The notes beneath the pieces are model-generated. The model had not been told where the DNA came from and searched no databases. It saw only the letters and a list, made by a program, of their open reading frames with translations. A stretch of 64,000 nucleotides of DNA from Candidatus Woesearchaeota archaeon (GTDB taxonomy: Archaea; Nanobdellota; Nanobdellia; SCGC-AAA011-G17; GW2011-AR18). Both the position numbers and the translations under genes were made by a program. Shown here piece by piece: positions 58,383 to 64,000 of the stretch (position 1 is the first letter of the stretch; each line of letters opens with the position of its first letter). The stretch spans positions 4,463-68,462 of the forward strand of contig CAYSFG010000035.1 of the NCBI GenBank assembly GCA_964430545.1. The letters are read 5' to 3'.

Positions 58383-60251
58383 TTATTTTTCAATAAATTT
58401 TTCATACCATAATTCAAAAGTTAACAAAGACCATAACTGTCTAGCATAAAATAAAGGTGAACTATTAAAATTCTTAATCATCTTATTAATAATATAATAA
58501 TCAAAAATACCTTGTTTATTAATATTCTTAATAGATAATTTATCTTCTATTAAAGACATTAAATCACTTTTTAACCATAAATCAATAGGAACATAAAATC
58601 TTTGTTTTTTTCTATTAATAATATCTTTAGGAAGCAGATCAGAAACAATTTTTCTTAAAATATACTTATTTTTAAAACCATTAAGTTTAAGATGATTAGG
58701 CATACTAAAAGCAAGATTAACCAATTTATAATCTAATAAAGGAACTCTAGATTCAACACCAAAAGCCATAGTCATTCTATCAGATTTAGTTAACATATTC
58801 TCAGGAAGTAATACTTTAGTCTCAAAATTAAGAATCTTATTAATATTATTATTAGCTATAAAATAATTGTTAATGTAAGATTCAGGAGGAATGATTTTTT
58901 TATTGTTTAAATAATTTTTTTGTTCATCATAATCAAAAATACTAGTAATTTCAGTATAAGCTTTAGGTAAATCATGAATAGAATCTAAAAATTTAACAGC
59001 CCTATTTTTACCTTCATTACCTAGACTAGAACTATATTTAAAAAATTTATTAAGAATAGCATTGGGTACAAGTTTAATAGCTGATTTACTAAAATTAATA
59101 GCTAAAGGAATTTTTTTAATTTTATTACCATAATGTAAGAATTTAACCTGTTCATAACCTGCTAATGTTTCATCTCCACCATCACCAGTTAAAACAACAG
59201 AAACATATTTTTTAGCGTTCTTAGAAAGAAGATAAACAGGAATCATAGCAGGATCACATAATGGTTCATCAGCATGATAAATAATATTATTAAGATCATT
59301 AATAATATCAGACTTTACAACAAATTCTTTATGATCAGTATTAAAAAAATCTGAAACTTTTTTAGCATAAGGAAGTTCATTAATTTTTTTGTGATCAAAA
59401 CCAACTGAGAAAGTCTTAATATCATTAACTTTTAATTTATTCATCATAGCAACAACAGAACTAGAATCAATACCTCCACTAAGATAAACACCAAGAGAAA
59501 CATCACTCATTAATCTAGAACTAACAGATTCAGTATAAAACTTTTTATATTTTTTTAAATAAAAACTATCATTATAAAACTTATTAGAAAAATTGATGTT
59601 ATAATAATTGTTTTTCTTTAATTTTTTAGTTTTTAAATCAAATATTAAATATTCACCAGGAAGCATCCTAAAAATATTATTAAAAATAGTGTTTGAAGTG
59701 AAAACAAACCTATAAGCAAGATATTGTGATAAAGCATCATTATTAATAATCCTATTAATTGTATTATCTTCAAGAATTGACTTAATTTCAGAAGCAAAAA
59801 TAAACTTATTATTATCATAATAATAAAATAAAGGCTTAACACCAATATGATCCCTAGCTAATAAAAAGATATTTTTATTTATATCATATAAACAAAAAGC
59901 AAAATCCCCATTTAATTTTTTTAAACATTCTACTCCATATTCTTTGTAAGCATAAATTATAGTTTCAGTATCAGTTTCAGACTTAAAATTATATTTTTTT
60001 TCTAATTCTCTTCTTAATTCCCTATAATTATATATCTCTCCATTAAAAGTAATCCAAATAGTTTCACTATCATCAGACATAGGTTGTTTACCTTTAATAC
60101 TTAAATCAATTATTGCTAATCTTCTATGCCCTAAAGAAACATTTTTATCTGTGTAATAACCAAAACCATCAGGACCCCTATGGATCAATTTATCAGACAT
60201 TCTCCTAATCAAAACTTTATCAAACCAATTAAAACCAACAATACCGCACAT
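58383..60251 (-). CDS. asnB: asparagine synthase (glutamine-hydrolysing)-family amidotransferase
   Basis: 'MCGIVGFN', 'LGHRRLAIIDL', PP-loop 'SGGIDSS'; 622 aa. Confidence 0.85.
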   Translation of the reverse strand: MCGIVGFNWFDKVLIRRMSDKLIHRGPDGFGYYTDKNVSLGHRRLAIIDLSIKGKQPMSDDSETIWITFNGEIYNYRELRRELEKKYNFKSETDTETIIYAYKEYGVECLKKLNGDFAFCLYDINKNIFLLARDHIGVKPLFYYYDNNKFIFASEIKSILEDNTINRIINNDALSQYLAYRFVFTSNTIFNNIFRMLPGEYLIFDLKTKKLKKNNYYNINFSNKFYNDSFYLKKYKKFYTESVSSRLMSDVSLGVYLSGGIDSSSVVAMMNKLKVNDIKTFSVGFDHKKINELPYAKKVSDFFNTDHKEFVVKSDIINDLNNIIYHADEPLCDPAMIPVYLLSKNAKKYVSVVLTGDGGDETLAGYEQVKFLHYGNKIKKIPLAINFSKSAIKLVPNAILNKFFKYSSSLGNEGKNRAVKFLDSIHDLPKAYTEITSIFDYDEQKNYLNNKKIIPPESYINNYFIANNNINKILNFETKVLLPENMLTKSDRMTMAFGVESRVPLLDYKLVNLAFSMPNHLKLNGFKNKYILRKIVSDLLPKDIINRKKQRFYVPIDLWLKSDLMSLIEDKLSIKNINKQGIFDYYIINKMIKNFNSSPLFYARQLWSLLTFELWYEKFIEK

Positions 60252-60286
60252 AAGAATTTCTAGTTTAGATATTATTATAAAATTAA

Positions 60287-61213
60287 CTATAAAATGTTTT
60301 CTATACTATAAGTTGTTTTATTATGTACTTTATGATATATCCTAACAAGAACTTCACCTAAAAACCCAAGAATTATAGACAATGTACCAGTAATTATTAA
60401 TATTGCCGCTCCTAATGCTACTGGCCCTACAGGCACTGTTTTGGTTATTATTAATTTTATTAGTTGTTCAATTATTAAAATTATGGCTATGATATATTGA
60501 AATATACCAATAAGACCGAAAAAATGCAAAGGTCTGGTAGAATAATCAGCCCAAAACTTTAAGAAAATCATATCAAGAAAACCATGTAATAACCTTTTGG
60601 CGTTGTATTTAGTCTTACCATATTTACGTTCACGATGGTTTACCTGAACTTCAGTAACTTTAAAACCTTTTAATTTTATAATTGTTGTAATATATCTATG
60701 CATTTCTCCATATAATTCAATATCTTTAATAGATTCATTAGTATAAGCTTTCAAGGTACAACCAGAATCATGTATAGTCTCATTAAACAATAACCTTCTT
60801 AGTTTATTAGCAATCTTAGAATTAATTTTTTTACCAAATGAGTCATTTCTATTATATCTCCATCCAGAAACTACATCATAACCAGATTTAATCTTTTCAA
60901 TTAATTTAGGAATATCCCTAGGATCATTTTGTAAATCACTATCTATTGTTATTATTATATCTCCTTTAGAATTTTTAAAACCTGCATCAAGAGCAGCTGT
61001 CTGACCAAAATTTTTTCTAAATTTTATTATTTTTACGTATTTATCTTTACTCTTAATTCTTATTAATTCTTCAAAACTTTTGTCAGTACTACCATCATCA
61101 ATAAAAATAATCTCATAATTAATATCTAATTTTGATAAAACACTCTTTAATTCAGAATATAAAATAGAAATATTTTTTTCTTCATTGTATACTGGCACTA
61201 CAATTGATAACAT
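60287..61213 (-). CDS. GT2 polyprenol-phosphate glycosyltransferase with C-terminal GtrA-like TM region (DPM/AglK-like)
   Basis: 'LSIVVPVYNEEKNI', 'FIDDGSTDKS', 'TIDSDLQNDP'; two or three C-terminal TM helices. Confidence 0.8.
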   Translation of the reverse strand: MLSIVVPVYNEEKNISILYSELKSVLSKLDINYEIIFIDDGSTDKSFEELIRIKSKDKYVKIIKFRKNFGQTAALDAGFKNSKGDIIITIDSDLQNDPRDIPKLIEKIKSGYDVVSGWRYNRNDSFGKKINSKIANKLRRLLFNETIHDSGCTLKAYTNESIKDIELYGEMHRYITTIIKLKGFKVTEVQVNHRERKYGKTKYNAKRLLHGFLDMIFLKFWADYSTRPLHFFGLIGIFQYIIAIILIIEQLIKLIITKTVPVGPVALGAAILIITGTLSIILGFLGEVLVRIYHKVHNKTTYSIENIL

Positions 61214-61255
61214 AAATACTAAAATAATACAATAAGTAAATAAAGCTTACTAAAA

Positions 61256-62434
61256 TTATTTAGAATTATAATTAATAGCCTCATTAACATTAGATATTGA
61301 TAAATCAGGAAGCATTCCATTTTTATACAATGGATGAGTTTCAATAGGAATAGGAACTTTATCAAATTTAAAAATAGGATTCATATAATTACAAACAAAT
61401 TCTCTACTATAAGCAGCATAACACATCTTGTGACGTTTAGTAAATAAAGGACTATTGCAAGCTTTCTCCCATGCTTGTCTTAATGACATATTTTGAACAT
61501 TACCTAAAGATAAAGGAATAAAAAAACAAGGAAACATTTCACCAGTAACATTAACACCAATATAAGCATTACCAGCAGGACAACCAAAACCAAAATAATT
61601 ATTAGTCAAATGAGTGGAAACATAGACACTTCTTCTAGCTATTTTATTTAATTTTTTAACATCTTCATTATTTAATAAAATATCTTGTTTAGTAGAAGCA
61701 TAACCTGTAGGGATAATAGGATTAACAGTTATGTATATTTTCTCTTTTTCAGCAAAATTAATCATCTTATCAAAAGTACCATCACTAAAATCTTTATGAG
61801 AAACCACACTAGCCATAGAAAAGTCTAAACCATACTTTTTACAATAGTCTTTAACTTTGAAAGCAGTTTCATATGCACCTTTAATTTTTAATATTGAATC
61901 ATGCTTTTCTGCTTCTAAAGAATGAATTGAAATAGTAATATTGTTTAAACCTAAATCAGCAAGCTCCTTTACTTTAGTTTCATTTAATAAAGTTCCATTA
62001 GTAGCTAAAATACTATAAATACCGTGATGTTTAGCTCTCTTAACAAGTTCATTAATCCCTTTGTATAACATAGGTTCACCACCGATCAAACCTATAACAG
62101 GAACATTTAATTCTGCACATTGATCAATAATATCTAAATAATTTTCCAGAGAAAGAATTCCTACTTTTTTTGTGAATAAACCATTAGAACAAAAATCACA
62201 TCTAGCATTACAAGCAAGAGTTACAAATATTTCTACAAATCTTATTTGTTCTTTTTTAAGAAAATTAACCCTAAAATAACCTTTTACAAATCTTTTAAAA
62301 ATTTTAAAGTTAGGAATTAGTTTTAAAACAAATAAAGCAGTATAATATTTTGTAATAAGATTATCAAAAAAACTTAACTTTTCCTCTTTCTTATTTGATA
62401 AAGATCCTTTTTGACAATTTGAACAATCATCCAT
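61256..62434 (-). CDS. radical SAM protein with Cys-rich N- and C-terminal extensions
   Basis: 'TLACNARCDFC' (CxxxCxxC); an N-terminal 'CSNC' pair and additional C-terminal Cys residues (twitch/SPASM-like). Confidence 0.75.
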   Translation of the reverse strand: MDDCSNCQKGSLSNKKEEKLSFFDNLITKYYTALFVLKLIPNFKIFKRFVKGYFRVNFLKKEQIRFVEIFVTLACNARCDFCSNGLFTKKVGILSLENYLDIIDQCAELNVPVIGLIGGEPMLYKGINELVKRAKHHGIYSILATNGTLLNETKVKELADLGLNNITISIHSLEAEKHDSILKIKGAYETAFKVKDYCKKYGLDFSMASVVSHKDFSDGTFDKMINFAEKEKIYITVNPIIPTGYASTKQDILLNNEDVKKLNKIARRSVYVSTHLTNNYFGFGCPAGNAYIGVNVTGEMFPCFFIPLSLGNVQNMSLRQAWEKACNSPLFTKRHKMCYAAYSREFVCNYMNPIFKFDKVPIPIETHPLYKNGMLPDLSISNVNEAINYNSK

Positions 62435-62523
62435 TTTTTTAATAAAATTGTACTATTATTTAAATATTTTGAATTTTAAAAATAAAACATTAAATTTATA
62501 TATTTTAGATAAAATAAAATTGT

Positions 62524-62742
62524 ATGAAAATAATACATGAAAGAGAAAAATGTATAGGATGTGGAATGTGTGTTGAACATGCGCCAACATTTTGGAAAAT
62601 TTCTGAAGATGGAAAAGCAATGTTAATAGGATCTAAAGAAAGTAACAGACTATTTAGCAAGAATATACAAGATAAAGATTTAACTTCTAATCAAAATGCT
62701 GTTAATGATTGTCCTGTAAACGTGATAAAGATAAAAAAATAA
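62524..62742 (+). CDS. small ferredoxin-like 4Fe-4S protein
   Basis: 'CIGCGMCVEHAP' ... 'CPV'; 72 aa; divergent from the radical SAM gene. Confidence 0.55.
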   Translation: MKIIHEREKCIGCGMCVEHAPTFWKISEDGKAMLIGSKESNRLFSKNIQDKDLTSNQNAVNDCPVNVIKIKK

Positions 62743-62774
62743 AAACTTAAATATCAATTGGTTATACAAAAGAT

Positions 62775-64000
62775 ATGAAATTATTAGAAAATACTAAATT
62801 TATATTATTATTCTTAATATTTTTATCACTAATAACTATAGATTATAATATAAAAATTATTAATAGTGATTTATTAATGCTCGGTCCAAGTGTTGAAAAA
62901 ATGATAGATAATAGTTTATACGCAAATGATTTTACAATAACTGTACATAAACAAATTTATCCAGATGGTTTTAAGTATTTAATTTTAATATTTACTATAA
63001 TAACAAAAGACCAAGGCATATCAAATTTAATATTATCAATAATCTTTAAGATATTATTTGTTTTATCAATGTATAAGTTATTATTATATTTATTAAAAGA
63101 TAAAAAACAAGCATTTCTTGGAGCAGCATTATCTATATTAACTTATCACGGAATACCTGGATGGCAATTTGGAATTGCACAAATAGTGCCACAAATGTTG
63201 GTAGATACATTCTATCCATTAATGTTTTATTTAACATTCAAATCACTGAAAGATATAAAATATATTTATTATGTTTTTATAATAACAGGAATATTATTTT
63301 ATATACATCCATTATCAATACCCCCATTACTATTATTTATTTTTATTATATTTGTATTTTATGGAAGAAAAGAATACAAACATTTTATATTAGCTGGATT
63401 ATTATTTTTAGTAATAATATCACCGGCAATAATAAAAAGTAAAAGTGCTACATTTTTTAAAAATGATGAATTATACTTTAATATAGTTGAGAAAAGAGTA
63501 GCTGAAGTACACCTACCGGAATTAAGCTTTGGAACAATAAAATTAATATTATTATCCTTTTTAGGATTACTTGGATATTATTTTAAAGAAGAAAAAAATA
63601 AAGAAGACAAAGCAATTTTATACTGGATTATAGGTTTAATTATAGTTTTTTTCATATTATCTTTATTAATGAAACAATTTAAACTACTTTATTCAATTGA
63701 ACCAACAAGATATCCAAGATTTCTAATACTATTTTCTTTTATATATTTAGCACCGTTATTAAAAAAACTAAAAAAAATAAGTAAAATAATACCATTATTA
63801 ATAATTTTATTATTATTTATATTATCATGGCAGTTTTCACATATATTCCTAATATTGCCTGGTATAAATAATGTATTTTGTAGTTCATTAAATAATACAA
63901 AAAATGTATGGTCTTGTATGCCTCAACAACAAAAAATAACTTATCCTAAAGAAGTAAAGCAAGTATGTGAATGGTTAAAAGAAAATACACAAAAAGATGA
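62775..64000 (+). CDS. polytopic membrane protein, 3'-truncated by the window end (possible GT-C-like)
   Basis: ATG at 62775 opens a frame with no stop through 64000; I checked it codon by codon. Multi-TM. It is not in the ORF track because it has no stop. The track ORF 63161-63442 lies in another frame and is spurious. Confidence 0.5.
   Translation, partial: MKLLENTKFILLFLIFLSLITIDYNIKIINSDLLMLGPSVEKMIDNSLYANDFTITVHKQIYPDGFKYLILIFTIITKDQGISNLILSIIFKILFVLSMYKLLLYLLKDKKQAFLGAALSILTYHGIPGWQFGIAQIVPQMLVDTFYPLMFYLTFKSLKDIKYIYYVFIITGILFYIHPLSIPPLLLFIFIIFVFYGRKEYKHFILAGLLFLVIISPAIIKSKSATFFKNDELYFNIVEKRVAEVHLPELSFGTIKLILLSFLGLLGYYFKEEKNKEDKAILYWIIGLIIVFFILSLLMKQFKLLYSIEPTRYPRFLILFSFIYLAPLLKKLKKISKIIPLLIILLLFILSWQFSHIFLILPGINNVFCSSLNNTKNVWSCMPQQQKITYPKEVKQVCEWLKENTQKD

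Noticed and set aside
63161-63442. 93-aa ORF from the track
   Set aside because: A different frame (starting at ATG 62775) stays open from 62775 to the end of the window and encodes a coherent polytopic membrane protein. The 93-aa ORF is an out-of-frame artefact inside it.
1-64000. CRISPR arrays, rRNA and tRNA genes
   Set aside because: I found no regularly spaced direct repeats. No GC-rich cloverleaf-sized segment with a GTTC(R)A T-loop turned up. The only GC-enriched non-coding patch (1790-1960) lacks tRNA hallmarks.

Overview
This is an extremely AT-rich (about 22-25% GC by eye), densely coding chromosomal segment. It looks archaeal: it has AglB (WWDYGYW), an AMP phosphorylase of about 500 aa, a Dph6/MJ0570-type domain, and TATA-like 'TTTAAATA' boxes about 46-48 nt upstream of GGTGAT ribosome-binding sites. 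The composition would fit a DPANN-like or other very AT-rich archaeon; that is inference.

The first 20 kb carry housekeeping and accessory genes:
- a probable AbiEi/AbiEii-like toxin-antitoxin pair with a conserved 21-nt hairpin motif upstream of each transcription unit;
- a Bat-like vWA/MoxR/DUF58 operon in which the MoxR AAA+ ATPase is interrupted by a 461-aa intein with a homing-endonuclease-like region;
- an AMP phosphorylase, an AI-2E-type permease, and an unusual fusion of a glutamine amidotransferase/asparagine-synthetase-like module to a Dph6-type (diphthine-ammonia ligase) domain;
- a RumA/TrmA-type m5U RNA methyltransferase and PRPP synthetase.

From about 20.2 kb to the window end lies a protein-glycosylation / surface-glycan island of roughly 43 kb. 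It is anchored by the oligosaccharyltransferase AglB. Seven or more GT-C-type integral membrane proteins and six GT2 polyprenol-phosphate glycosyltransferases are present. So are three GT4 enzymes, an AglH-like GlcNAc-1-P transferase and a Wzx-like flippase. Modification enzymes include six class I SAM methyltransferases and three radical SAM enzymes, one of them B12-binding. A carbamoyltransferase, an AsnB amidotransferase, two NAD-epimerases, an SGNH hydrolase and a polysaccharide deacetylase add to this set. A FAD-oxidoreductase is coupled to a UbiA-family prenyl-phosphate transferase.

Two paralogous small Cys-rich secreted proteins carry N-glycosylation sequons. Each is driven by a nearly identical (TA)n-TATA-SD upstream cassette and they sit inside the island. 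Two genes (the B12-radical SAM gene and a Trm112-methyltransferase fusion) are split by single-base frameshifts inside poly-A runs. I found no rRNA, tRNA or CRISPR array.
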